DNA of 64,000 nucleotides from a virus (taxonomy: Duplodnaviria > Caudoviricetes). The position numbers were made by a program, and so were the translations under genes. The stretch lies in the IMG/VR virus record IMGVR_UViG_2908764845_000006, positions 32,001 to 96,000 of that record. One strand, 5' to 3'. The notes beneath the pieces were generated by a model. That model was not told where the DNA came from. It did no database searches and saw only the letters and a program-made list of their open reading frames with translations. Shown in pieces: positions 27,637-37,062 of the stretch (the first letter of the stretch is position 1; every line of letters starts with the position of its first letter).

Positions 27637-28037
27637 TCTCGCTCGCGATACTCGCGCAGCTCGATGCGATAGCTGTCGGCTTCCTCATAGACCCGGACCG
27701 GGATCACCCGGCTCTCGGTATCCTTGTGAGTGTCCTTCAGCAGTTCGACCGCCTCGGCCTTGGTCCACCGGATGGTGTCGCCCCAGATGCCTTGGCAGCC
27801 GTTGGCGAGGGCCCACGCCTCGGTGCCGCCGTGCAACTGGATGGCACAGGCCGGGCACTTCGGACCGAACTCGTCGGTGTTGAGGATGGACGCGCGCGGG
27901 TCAGCCGCGTCGAAGAAGTACTCGCACTCCTCGCACACCAGCCGGAGGTCCGGCTGCACGGGCGCCTTGCAGCCATCCTTGATGCAGGCTGCGAGCGTGA
28001 GACAGTTTTCGGAGCAGTGCCGCGGGAAGCTCTTCAT
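27618..28037 (-). CDS. Zn-finger hypothetical protein
   Basis: MKSFPRHC...; CEEC and CPAC. Confidence 0.5.
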   Translation of the reverse strand: MKSFPRHCSENCLTLAACIKDGCKAPVQPDLRLVCEECEYFFDAADPRASILNTDEFGPKCPACAIQLHGGTEAWALANGCQGIWGDTIRWTKAEAVELLKDTHKDTESRVIPVRVYEEADSYRIELREYREREWEKSR

Positions 28038-28252
28038 CAGATCGGCCTGTAGTTCGCCGGGTGCGCGAAGTAGAGCTCGAGGTCGGCGACCTTGAAGTGC
28101 GCGACGACGAGATACTCGGGCACGCCCAGCTGATGCTTCGTAAGCGCGCATTTTACTGCACAGGCTGCGCGCGCGGCTGGCCGCGGCGTCGCGTGGCGCC
28201 GGGGCCCAGCGGGATCATCGGAACGGCTTGATTGATCCTGAGCGTTTGACGG

Positions 28253-29854
28253 TCAGCCGCTGTCGTTGTCAGCTGGCAGGTTTTTTTGAGCGGTGCAATT
28301 GAACGGCAACAGATCTTCGATATCGGCGTCTGGCGCGCGTTGGGGCAATTCGGTGAGCGCGTGACGTAGCCATGCATAGGGATCGACGCCGCATGCCCGG
28401 CATGTCAGCACCAAACTGTAGATCACGGCGCTTGCCTTGGCGCCGGCAACGGTGTCGCTGAACAGCCAACTTTTTCGTCCGGTGCAAAACGGCCTGATGT
28501 CGCGCTCCAGAACATTGTTATCGATCGGGGCGAGACCGTCACTGGTGTAACGGGTCAGATAATCCCATTGGTTGCGTGCATAGGCGATCGCCTTGCCGGT
28601 CAAGCTTTCGGGTAGCACCTTCGGCGCCTGGTCGTCGAGCCAGGTCCGGAAGGCGGCCAATACCGGCAGGCTATGCTGCTGGCGCAGCCGCAAGGTGTAT
28701 GCGGCGCGCGTTTCGCCGTCGGGCGGCGTCTGGCGCGCCACCCTCTCGACCTCGTACAACGCCTCGAAGAACTTGAGCGCCTGCAATGGCGGACCGCCAG
28801 GCTTTGTCCTGGCCTTGAGCGCATCGGTAAATTTCCTGCGCGCATGCGCCATACAGCCGAGATGGGTCGCGCCTGTCAGCGTGCGCCAGGCGTCATAGCC
28901 GTCGCTCATCAACAAGCCGCGATAGCCGGCCAGGAAGGCCTGAGGATGTTGCTGGCCGCGACCGGGCTGGTAATCGAACAGCACGACCGGCTGCGCGCAG
29001 TCCTGGCCGCTGCGATAGGCCCACATGAAGGATTTGGCCTGCGCATCACGGCCGTCCTCTTTAAGAACCTGGACCCAGGTTTCGTCGCCGTGGACCAGGG
29101 GCTGCGACATGAGCTTTTGCTGTAGCGCGTCATAGACCCGATGCAGATGCAACTCGCTCGCCCGGATCACCCAGTTGCCCAGCGTCCCGCGGCTGATGCT
29201 GACGTCGGCGCGCCCCAGCGCGTCCGCCACACGGTACAGCGGCGTGCCGTCGACGTATTTGTTGGCGAGCACCAGCGCCAGCGTCGATGGCGTGGCGACG
29301 CTACCCGGCAGCGGCTGCGCCGGCATCGGCGCGGTCACAATCGGGGTGTTCAGCGCGGTGCGCTCGCAGTGACGGCAGGCATATTTGAACCGCACATGTT
29401 GCAGCACCGACGCCTTGACCTCGACGTGCAACTGCTCGGTGACGGTCTCGCCCATCCGATGCATCCGATTATGGCAGCACGGACAGTCCTTTTGATCCTC
29501 ACCCAGATCGTGTTCGACGCGTTGGCGCGGCAGATCGTCAGGCAGCGGCTTGCGGCCGCGTGCCTTCGGCGCCGGCTTTGGAGCCTCCGGCAATCCCGTG
29601 TCCGGCACGGCGACCGCCTCGACATCGTCGTCGTCCCGGCTTTCAGCGGCGGCCTGCTCGGCTTCGTTGAAGATGCGCTCCTTGAGCTTTTCGCTCTTCG
29701 GCGCATACCGGTGCAGGCGCTCCAGGCGCAACTGCTCCTCTAGATGCAGCACGCGTTGTGCGAGTTTCTCGTTTTCGGCCTTCAGCGCCGCGATCTCGGC
29801 CGCGTGCGCCGCGATCAAGGCTTCCAGTTCGTGCGTCGTGGGCTTGCGACTCAT
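28253..29854 (-). CDS. tnpC: IS66 transposase TnpC
   Basis: Leucine zipper, CPCC zinc finger, HGDETW, SDGY, CMAHARRKF and IDNNVLERDIR. Confidence 0.95.
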   Translation of the reverse strand: MSRKPTTHELEALIAAHAAEIAALKAENEKLAQRVLHLEEQLRLERLHRYAPKSEKLKERIFNEAEQAAAESRDDDDVEAVAVPDTGLPEAPKPAPKARGRKPLPDDLPRQRVEHDLGEDQKDCPCCHNRMHRMGETVTEQLHVEVKASVLQHVRFKYACRHCERTALNTPIVTAPMPAQPLPGSVATPSTLALVLANKYVDGTPLYRVADALGRADVSISRGTLGNWVIRASELHLHRVYDALQQKLMSQPLVHGDETWVQVLKEDGRDAQAKSFMWAYRSGQDCAQPVVLFDYQPGRGQQHPQAFLAGYRGLLMSDGYDAWRTLTGATHLGCMAHARRKFTDALKARTKPGGPPLQALKFFEALYEVERVARQTPPDGETRAAYTLRLRQQHSLPVLAAFRTWLDDQAPKVLPESLTGKAIAYARNQWDYLTRYTSDGLAPIDNNVLERDIRPFCTGRKSWLFSDTVAGAKASAVIYSLVLTCRACGVDPYAWLRHALTELPQRAPDADIEDLLPFNCTAQKNLPADNDSG

Positions 29855-29979
29855 CGGAGTCTTGAATCGAAGTCATGCCGCCGCGTCAACCGGGCTCCCA
29901 TGTCTTCGTCATGTCTTCGGCCGCGTCATCTGAGAACGGCCATGCCGAAGCCCGATGACGCCGCCCGCATCGAACACGC

Positions 29980-30333
29980 TCAGCCCACGCTCTGATATTG
30001 CCGCACCGGATGACGACGCACCGCCGCGATGTTGATGCCGTCAAGCAGCCAGTGCAGCTCCTCCGTCGTCAGCGTCAGCACCGCCTCCTGACTTCGGGGC
30101 CAGTGGAATCTGTCGGCCTCCAGCCGCTTCAGCAGCATCCAAAATCCTGACCGATCATAAATCAGCAGCTTGATCCGGTCGCGGCGACGATTGCAGAACG
30201 CGAACACCGCGCGCTGGAACGGATCCAGCCCCATCGACTGCTCGACCACGATCGCCAGGCTGTTGATGCCCGCCCGGAAGTCAATCGGTTCGCGGTGAAG
30301 GTAGACCCGAAGATCAGACGCCAGTCGGAACAT
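29980..30333 (-). CDS. tnpB: IS66 accessory protein TnpB
   Basis: IDFRAGINSL...FCNRRRDRIKLL...KRLE. Confidence 0.92.
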   Translation of the reverse strand: MFRLASDLRVYLHREPIDFRAGINSLAIVVEQSMGLDPFQRAVFAFCNRRRDRIKLLIYDRSGFWMLLKRLEADRFHWPRSQEAVLTLTTEELHWLLDGINIAAVRRHPVRQYQSVG

Positions 30334-30760
30334 CGCAACGCCCCAGCGCTTCAATCACCGCCGACAGCAACTGCGCGTCGCCGCCTTCCAGCGAAAGCGT
30401 CACGCCGTTGGGCATCGATGCCGTCAGCCGCCCTGCACAGGATCGCTCCGTCGCGCAAACCGCAATCGCGCCAGCAGATCGAGTTGGCGACGGCGACGGC
30501 GCGCGAACCGGAATAAAGGCTGGCGCAATCGGCGCCCGCGCCTCCGGCTGGCCATCCCCGTTCTGAAGTTGTCGCTTGGCCACCCACTTGCGCAGCAGGT
30601 TCGCGTTCACGCCGTGTTGCAGCGCAAGCCCCGCCAGCGACACGCCAGACTGCAGACAGGCCTCGACCAGCCGCTGTTTGCTGGCCGGATCATAGCGACG
30701 CCGGCCATTGCGCAACACGCCGACCGTCTCAAGTCTCAAAGGTTCTTCTGGAGTGATCAT
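30314..30760 (-). CDS. tnpA: IS66 TnpA (HTH)
   Basis: GRRRY...K...GVSLAGLALQHGVNANLLRKW. Confidence 0.88.
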   Translation of the reverse strand: MITPEEPLRLETVGVLRNGRRRYDPASKQRLVEACLQSGVSLAGLALQHGVNANLLRKWVAKRQLQNGDGQPEARAPIAPAFIPVRAPSPSPTRSAGAIAVCATERSCAGRLTASMPNGVTLSLEGGDAQLLSAVIEALGRCDVPTGV

Positions 30761-30989
30761 CGATCGTGTCCACCTCGCTCATGGTGGACACCTCATCCCA
30801 TCCCCGCGCTCAACTGCATAGGTGCGTAGAAAGGAGCGCTTACGATGCTTCAGCTCGTGCACCTTGGCGACCGCCTTCTCCCGGGTGGAGGCCGCGACGA
30901 ACCAGCAGGACCGGTTGTCGTCGCAGTAGGCGACCGCCATGAACGGATTGAGCCTGATCTCGTCGAGCGTGAGGTAGCCGCTGCCGCCG

Positions 30990-31556
30990 TTACCCACGTC
31001 GGGCACGTTCCGCCAGCATCAGCGCGGCGACGTCGTAGGCGGTCGAGGCCAGGTCGCGATGGTCGACGACGCAGGAGGCCAACAGCCCGGACATCGCATG
31101 AGCCGCGAACACGTCGCGCATGTAGGCGACGGCTTCGGGGTCCAGCTCGGGAGCTTTGGTGGTGGACCCGGGAGGGGCGACCAGAAGGTCGCTGAGGTCA
31201 GCGCCCGTGCCGGGGCCCGGCTCCGCTTGAGCTGCGCCGGTCCCGACCAGCGTCTCCACCCCGGAGGCCACGGTCTGACCGAGCACCGCCGGGTCGAGGA
31301 CCTTGAACACATCCTCGGAGCGGTACCGCGAGAGCGGGTCGGGCGCCTGCCGGCCGGCGATGATGTCGGGCGGAGCGATGCCATCCAGCGGACGGTTGAA
31401 GTTGCCGAAGGGCGGAGTGTGAAAGACGACCCCGGACGGGACCTCGATGGTCGGCGTGTCCCCGAACAGGACGCGCGACAGCTCCTCGACCGTGCGAGGC
31501 GCGTTGTTGCGAGCCGGCTCGAACACGATCGAGCCGACGGTGAGGTCTTTCGACAT
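30990..31556 (-). CDS. Hypothetical protein
   Basis: C-terminal MRDVFAAHAMSGLLA...AYDVAALMLAER, a common phage motif. Confidence 0.6.
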   Translation of the reverse strand: MSKDLTVGSIVFEPARNNAPRTVEELSRVLFGDTPTIEVPSGVVFHTPPFGNFNRPLDGIAPPDIIAGRQAPDPLSRYRSEDVFKVLDPAVLGQTVASGVETLVGTGAAQAEPGPGTGADLSDLLVAPPGSTTKAPELDPEAVAYMRDVFAAHAMSGLLASCVVDHRDLASTAYDVAALMLAERARRG

Positions 31557-32008
31557 CGGGCGGGGTCCAACGATGGGGGCTGGGCGGAACTGGACGTGGA
31601 CGTCCAATGGTGTTTCCCCGCCTCCCCCTACCCGGCCAGGATGGGCGGTGTCGGGACGGAAGCGGGGGCGGAAAGCGACGGAGGCCAGCGTCAGCCGTGC
31701 CTAGGAGGGCTGGCGCTGACCTCACGTGACCGGCTATCGGAGGGCCGGATCGGGGGAAACTGGTTGGGGACTACGAGGGACGTCGTCTCGGGTGACGCGG
31801 GACCATCGGGACCGCGCGGTCTCCGGTCTGGGTGACCGGGCGCAGCTTCCCGTTAGGAAGTACCCTCATGGATACCTTCCCCCACAATCAATCTGACGAT
31901 GTTCCTGAGTGAACGGCACACCCTCGCTTGATGCTCGGGGTGCCTCATGACGCAGTGGTGGCCGCGCCCGGGCGTGTGTAGGCCACGGTTTTGACAGCAA
32001 AAACAAGA

Positions 32009-32023
32009 TTAATTTGCGTTTAC
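32009..32023. promoter_or_regulatory. Near-consensus CtrA box
   Basis: TTAA-TTTGCGT-TTAC, one mismatch to TTAA-N7-TTAA, in an AT-rich gap. Confidence 0.4.
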
Positions 32024-32087
32024 GACTGGGAACGGAGGGTCGATGCACCGGCTAAGCGGATTGAAGCATCGACAGGATCGGCCATGA

Positions 32088-32921
32088 TCACGTTTTCGTG
32101 AAATGCACCATGCTGGTGCACGATGAAAGCTCGGAACCGAGGCGTTTGACCAGCCACTCGGTGTAGCTGACAGCTGATTCGTCGAGGGGGACATCCGACG
32201 ATGTCCCATTGTCCCCCGATTGTCCCGCCGAATGTCCCTGCGAATGTCCCTGCGATCCGGCGCCCTGCCCGGGCTCCTTGATGGTGGCCTTGGCGAACTT
32301 CTCCCCGAGGAAGGCCGACCACGACAGCTTGGGCGAGCCCTCCTTGCGCGACTTGTACTCGGCCTTGAGGCGGTCGCGATCTGCGCGGTCGAGCGCGTTG
32401 TAGAGCTCGGTCAGCGCGTCATAGGCCTCGCGGTTCTCATGGGTGCGGTGGACCCGGTCCTTGAGCTGGGTGTACTCGCGGTTGATCCGCTTCATGGTGC
32501 CGTCGCGCTGCCAGCGGGCGAGCGCCTCCTCCACCCTCCGGGCGACGCTGGCGAACGTCGTGGTGACGTCGCAGTCCTCGATCGGGGTGATGCCGGCGCA
32601 GAACGCCGTGCCCCGGACCAGCTCCACCACGGCCTCGACCTCGGCCGCGACCATCAGGCCATCCCTCGACTGCTGGATCTGGCGGTTGGCCTCGAACAGC
32701 TGCTTCAGGACGGCGGCGGCCTCGCGCTCGGTCCGGAACCAGACCTTGGTGCCGCGCGCCTTCATGGCGGCGATGCGGCGGCTGACCATGCGCGTCTTGG
32801 ACGCGCCCGGCAGCCGGTCGATCAGGATGCAGGTCAGACCCAGCCGCTCCAGGAAATCCTCGGCGAGACGGAGGGCGGGACCTTTGGGAGAGGAGATCGA
32901 CACGCTGTGAAGCATGGACAT
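32088..32921 (-). CDS. Hypothetical protein containing internal TGTCCC repeats
   Basis: 277 aa; 12-bp periodic repeats near the 3' end. Confidence 0.55.
   Translation of the reverse strand: MSMLHSVSISSPKGPALRLAEDFLERLGLTCILIDRLPGASKTRMVSRRIAAMKARGTKVWFRTEREAAAVLKQLFEANRQIQQSRDGLMVAAEVEAVVELVRGTAFCAGITPIEDCDVTTTFASVARRVEEALARWQRDGTMKRINREYTQLKDRVHRTHENREAYDALTELYNALDRADRDRLKAEYKSRKEGSPKLSWSAFLGEKFAKATIKEPGQGAGSQGHSQGHSAGQSGDNGTSSDVPLDESAVSYTEWLVKRLGSELSSCTSMVHFTKT
32188..32255. repeat. TGTCCC/GGGACA iteron-like cluster
   Basis: TGTCCC at 32202, 32210, 32221, 32233 and 32245; inverted GGGACAT at 32188. Confidence 0.6.
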
Positions 32922-33148
32922 CTCGCTTATCTGCTTCGCAGAATCCTCGACAACGACCTTTCGTCTATCACCGTAATTGTACGGAACCGTAAAGCCGCGC
33001 GGGATGCCAGCACACCCGAAGGGACATGCTTAGGGGACATTGGTGGACAGTGGACATTGATGGATGTCCCTTGTTTCACGTGCAACACTCTGGTGCAGAG
33101 GTGGCACGGGGTTTGATGCGGAGGCGCTCACGCGGGTATGGTTGCGAC

Positions 33149-33340
33149 ATGCCCAGACCCCGCAAGCCAGATGGCGCCGTGATCGTAAGCGTGACCCGCA
33201 GCGAGGGCCGATCGCGCACCCTCCCCGCGACGTGGACCGACGGCTCCCGCGTGCTGGCATCCGATCTCCAGCCGGGCGCGACCTACGAGCTCGACCCGGA
33301 GACCGGCGCGATCCGCCGATCCCAGCAGCCGGTCCGATAG
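33149..33340 (+). CDS. Small hypothetical protein
   Basis: MPRPRKPDG..., 63 aa. Confidence 0.4.
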   Translation: MPRPRKPDGAVIVSVTRSEGRSRTLPATWTDGSRVLASDLQPGATYELDPETGAIRRSQQPVR

Positions 33341-33427
33341 CCCGCTCACGCGACGGCCAGGTTCGACGCCCCTCCCGATCTCACCGCTTCACGTGAAGGC
33401 GACGGCTTCGCCGTCATCAGGCTGCGA

Positions 33428-33920
33428 TGGGATGGGCCGGGGGGGCGGTTTTTCGGCTTTTTAGACATTTTTGGCCGTTTTCGGCCCTTTGGGGCCCGTT
33501 TTGGGGCCCTGCCCGGGCTTCCCTGCCCGTGATTCGGGGGCCCGGGGCCCGTCCATCTCTCCCGGGGGCCGGGGCCGGGCTTCCTGCCTGCCCGGGGCCC
33601 GTATGCCGGGCCATCTCCCGGGCTTTCCCTGCCCGGGCCCGATTCGGGGGCCCTTCCGGGCCCGGCTCCGGGCCCTATGCCTTTCCCGGGCTTCCGGGGC
33701 CCTGCTAGGGCCCTTCCGTTTCCGGGCTCCAAGTCCGGCCGGGGGCCGGTTCCCTAATCAGCGGCGTTGCTAGGGGCCCGATTCCCGGGCTTTAGGGGCC
33801 CGCACATTCGCGTTTCCGGCGCACCCGTAGGGGCCCTTTTGCACCAGTCAGGTGCATTACCGGCCCTGCCCGGGCCCGTTGGGGCCCTGCCCGGGGGCCC
33901 GTAGCATCCCGGTTCCGGCC
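33428..33920. repeat. GGGCCC/CCCGGG-rich low-complexity non-coding tract (left)
   Basis: Dozens of GGGCCC/CCCGGG units, A-poor on the plus strand. Confidence 0.85.
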
Positions 33921-34019
33921 CTTAACGGCCAATTAACGCGCGTTTTCAACGGGTTAACCGGTGCACTTTTTCGCCTTTCCAGTGCATTTCACCTTTACTA
34001 TATGCACCCATTCGGTGCA
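33840..34019. promoter_or_regulatory. Two 17-bp palindromes TGCACC-N5-GGTGCA flanking a perfect CtrA box
   Basis: 33840-33856 and 34003-34019; TTAA-CGGCCAA-TTAAC at 33922-33937. Confidence 0.65.
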
Positions 34020-34560
34020 TTATCTCCGTGGGGGCCCTCCCGGGGCCCTCCCGCTTCCAGCCTAGGCGGTATCGCCTCCTTAAATTTGGGGCATGGCTCT
34101 AAAGGCAGTCCCGACCCATGCACTTGCAAGGGCCCCGGGGTTGGATCGTCCGCCGCCACACCGCAGAGATGCAGGGGTCGCAATTGGCTGGAGGTGCCCG
34201 ACCCCACCGTGGCCGTTCCCTTCCGCGCGCATCGTCGCCATAGGGGGCAGGTTTAAGGGCCGGGGCAGTTTGGAAAGTCGGGAGGGGCCAAAAGGATTAG
34301 CCTCACACATCGCGACCGGTCGCAGCCGGGAGCGCAGGTGCAACTCCTCCACATATTCCAACGCTTTTCAGTATCCCGCCCCGGCGCGCGTTGCGCGTGA
34401 CCGATGCAAGGAGAGCCGAAGCGACTGGCGACCACCAGTGGCCTAGGCCGAGTAAAGCCAAGACCCCGTCGGACCTCATACAGGCCCGACGGGGCTTTGC
34501 TTAGAGCGCCGAACCCCGACGCTCCAATCAAAGCCCCACCACCCACCAAAGGAGACCACG

Positions 34561-34854
34561 ATGACCAAGTACACCGCGACCTGCCAAGTCTGGACCCGCA
34601 ACAAGCTGGTGACCTCGACCTACGCCATCCCGATGGAGAGCGAGGCCGCCTGCTACCGCACGGCCGGATCGTTCCGCTCCATGACCGACACCGCCTTCGT
34701 CATCTTCATGTGCGATGGCGAGGAGTTCTTCCGGGTCGCTTGCGAAGGCTTCTACCAGAACAAGAAAGCGATCCAGGCCAAGTACCCCGACGCTTGGCGC
34801 GATGCACCCAAGGGCAAGGGCGGACCCGGCGCCTTGCGTCGCCGCGCCGCCTGA
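34561..34854 (+). CDS. First gene of the plus-strand island, hypothetical
   Basis: AAGGAGACC RBS at 34549. Confidence 0.7.
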   Translation: MTKYTATCQVWTRNKLVTSTYAIPMESEAACYRTAGSFRSMTDTAFVIFMCDGEEFFRVACEGFYQNKKAIQAKYPDAWRDAPKGKGGPGALRRRAA

Positions 34855-34929
34855 TCCACCCGACCCACTTCACCCGGCCCCGTTCGCATCGGGGCCTTTT
34901 TCATGCCTGCCAACCAAGGAGACCACCCG

Positions 34930-35178
34930 ATGTCCACAACGCTCAACACCGACCTGTCGCGCCGCGCCCACCAGCTCGCGGCGATCGCCGCCGAGAACGC
35001 CAACAAGTTCATCCGCCGCGAGATGCAGGCCGGTGGCCTGTCCCGTCAGCAGATCGTCGCCGAGTGCGGCGCCGGGATGAAGGCGATCGACTTCCTCGCC
35101 GACATCCGCCGCGTCCTGTCCATCCGCCCGACGGCGAGCGATCGCCGCGTGCTCAAGCTCGCCAAGTGCGATTTCTGA
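34930..35178 (+). CDS. Hypothetical protein
   Basis: Hairpin + AAGGAGACC leader. Confidence 0.7.
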   Translation: MSTTLNTDLSRRAHQLAAIAAENANKFIRREMQAGGLSRQQIVAECGAGMKAIDFLADIRRVLSIRPTASDRRVLKLAKCDF

Positions 35179-35188
35179 GGAGGCCGCA

Positions 35189-35383
35189 ATGACCAAGCGA
35201 CGCAAGCTCACCTATCACGGCAAGCGCTTCAACCTGCGCATCAGCGACACACCCTTCGGACTCTTCGTCCACCTCGATCCGAAGAGGGCGCCGAAGCGCG
35301 GCGGCTACAAGACCAAGTCGTGGCGCTTCGCCACGTTCAAGCACGCGACGATGTTCTGCCAAGACGTCGTCCAAGACATCTGA
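35189..35383 (+). CDS. Hypothetical basic protein
   Basis: GAGGAGG RBS. Confidence 0.6.
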   Translation: MTKRRKLTYHGKRFNLRISDTPFGLFVHLDPKRAPKRGGYKTKSWRFATFKHATMFCQDVVQDI

Positions 35384-35413
35384 ACCGCAACCCCCGACAC
35401 AAGGAGACCACCC

Positions 35414-35632
35414 GTGATCGACTTCTGCAACATCGACAATGCCAAGAGCTACGCCACCGAAGCGAACCTGATGAAGGCCCTCGCGACCCTGGGCCTCGAC
35501 CAGATGCGACCGGTCATCGTGCGCAACCGGGAGGGGCGCTTCACCGCGATCTTCGGCCTCCACCTCTCGGGCATGGCGTGCAGCGGCAACGTGATGGCCG
35601 CTGCCAACCACGGCTTCAAGACCATCAACTGA
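35414..35632 (+). CDS. Hypothetical protein
   Basis: AAGGAGACC RBS, GTG start. Confidence 0.65.
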   Translation: MIDFCNIDNAKSYATEANLMKALATLGLDQMRPVIVRNREGRFTAIFGLHLSGMACSGNVMAAANHGFKTIN

Positions 35633-35643
35633 GGGCAACGAAC

Positions 35644-35817
35644 ATGAACACGAACAACCGGCGGACGCGCTTTCCCGAACTCGCCTACGCCCAGCACGCC
35701 AAGGACCTGTGGCGGATCATCGCCACCGACACCGATCAGGCGGTTGGCCCGCACTACAGGACGAAGGCCGAACTGCTCGCCGATCTCGACCGCTACGCCA
35801 AGGAATTTGGTTGCTGA
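35644..35817 (+). CDS. Hypothetical protein
   Basis: MNTNNRRTRF... Confidence 0.55.
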   Translation: MNTNNRRTRFPELAYAQHAKDLWRIIATDTDQAVGPHYRTKAELLADLDRYAKEFGC

Positions 35818-35914
35818 AACTCACGTCCGAGCGCCGCCGATGTGCGGCGCTCCAGCGTGCGCTTCCTGCACGACCGTTTCGCAGACGGTTCCTCAAACTC
35901 AAGGAGACCATCCC

Positions 35915-35983
35915 ATGTCCTACCAACAGAAGCTCGAACTACTCCGCAAGCTCGCCCTCCAGCAATACCGCCACGGCAAGTGA
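35915..35983 (+). CDS. 22-aa micro-ORF
   Basis: Full hairpin + AAGGAGACC leader; MSYQQKLELLRKLALQQYRHGK. Confidence 0.5.
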   Translation: MSYQQKLELLRKLALQQYRHGK

Positions 35984-35997
35984 GAGGAGCGACGCAC

Positions 35998-36300
35998 ATG
36001 GCTGGCACCAACACGCACTACACGATCCGCGAAGCCAAGGCGATCCTGGCCCAGCACGGCATGACGATCTCGTCCGACGAGGGCGAGTATCGCGTCGCCT
36101 TCAAGATCGAGCACCACTCGGCGAGCGCAAGCCACGCCAGCGGCTACTGGACGGTCGGTCGCAAGACCTTCACCGGCGCCGGCGCCGCGATGGACGCCCG
36201 CAACGCCGCCGAGGGATCGTCCTACTACACCACCCAGCTGGTCGACGCGATCGGCACCGGCATCGAGATGGCGCGGCACGAAGCTGGGAGGGCCGCATGA
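35998..36300 (+). CDS. Hypothetical protein
   Basis: GAGGAG RBS. Confidence 0.6.
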   Translation: MAGTNTHYTIREAKAILAQHGMTISSDEGEYRVAFKIEHHSASASHASGYWTVGRKTFTGAGAAMDARNAAEGSSYYTTQLVDAIGTGIEMARHEAGRAA

Positions 36301-36491
36301 CCCTCACGCAGCTGCAACGCTACGAGCTCGCCCGCCGCAAGCTGGCCGATGGCAACATCGCCTTCATGGAGATGGTCACCCACAAGACCAATCCGATGAC
36401 CCGCGAGGATCTCACCGCGCTGATCAAACTCCGGCCGGAGCGCTACTCGCGCTTCTCCGGCTGGCTCGACGTCCTTCCCTCCCGCAACTGA
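36297..36491 (+). CDS. Hypothetical protein
   Basis: ATGA overlap; GGAGG RBS. Confidence 0.6.
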   Translation: MTLTQLQRYELARRKLADGNIAFMEMVTHKTNPMTREDLTALIKLRPERYSRFSGWLDVLPSRN

Positions 36492-36507
36492 CAAGGAGAC
36501 CCCGACC

Positions 36508-36732
36508 ATGGCTACCAAGATCAAGACCTTCCGCCTCGGCTCGTCCCCAATGGTGTCCGCGCCCGGCATGGTGCGATGGGCGATCGCCGGCGCCAAGTTT
36601 CCGCGGGATCGCAAGACCGTCGCCAACGTCATCGCTCAGACGTGGAGCGTCCCGATGGCCGCAGCGATCAAGCTCGTCACCCAGACCGTGCCCTTCACGG
36701 TCGAGGGCGAGACCGTCGTGTTCACCGCCTGA
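36508..36732 (+). CDS. Hypothetical protein
   Basis: AAGGAGACC RBS. Confidence 0.65.
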   Translation: MATKIKTFRLGSSPMVSAPGMVRWAIAGAKFPRDRKTVANVIAQTWSVPMAAAIKLVTQTVPFTVEGETVVFTA

Positions 36733-36745
36733 CAGGGAGCCCACC

Positions 36746-36988
36746 ATGAAAGTCTACCTGACCCGCACCAAGGCCGTGACCGTCGCCGACTATCCCGCCG
36801 CCTCCAAGGCGGTGCGCGCCTTCATCGAGAAGGGCGATCTCGGCGCGGGCTGCGGCTCCTCGCTGGAGGCCTTCACCGGCGGCAACATCGTCGACGGCAA
36901 GGGCAAGATGATCGCCCACGTCTCCTACAACGGCCGCGTCTGGCCCGGCACCGAGTGGAAGCCGGGCCTCAAGCCGCTGTTCGGCTGA
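36746..36988 (+). CDS. Hypothetical protein
   Basis: IAHVSYNGRVW motif; GGAG RBS. Confidence 0.65.
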   Translation: MKVYLTRTKAVTVADYPAASKAVRAFIEKGDLGAGCGSSLEAFTGGNIVDGKGKMIAHVSYNGRVWPGTEWKPGLKPLFG

Positions 36989-37062
36989 CCCTCACCTCAA
37001 CCCCCGATCTTCAACCCGGGCCGCCTTCGCAGGGCGGCCCTTTGCACAAGGAGACCATCCCA

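Larger units (their letters stand above)
28140..30843 (-). mobile_element. IS66-family insertion sequence (2704 bp)
   Basis: Terminal inverted repeats GTAAGCGC.../...GCGCTTAC; 8-bp target duplication GATGCTTC at 28132-28139 and 30844-30851; tnpA-tnpB-tnpC. Confidence 0.95.
28037..31006 (-). pseudogene. Small phage gene split by IS66
   Basis: Removing the IS and one GATGCTTC copy restores MPDVGNGG...KVHELKHQLGVPEYLVVAHF...YRPI*. Confidence 0.75.

Noticed and set aside
33102-33117. Sigma-54 promoter-like TGGCACGGGGTTTGAT
   Set aside because: The conserved -12 GC is GA and nothing independent supports it
33346-33773. Pro/Gly/Arg-rich ORFs over the GGGCCC tract, and similar ones at 59639-59821
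   Set aside because: By-products of stop-poor low-complexity DNA; no RBS or coding-like composition
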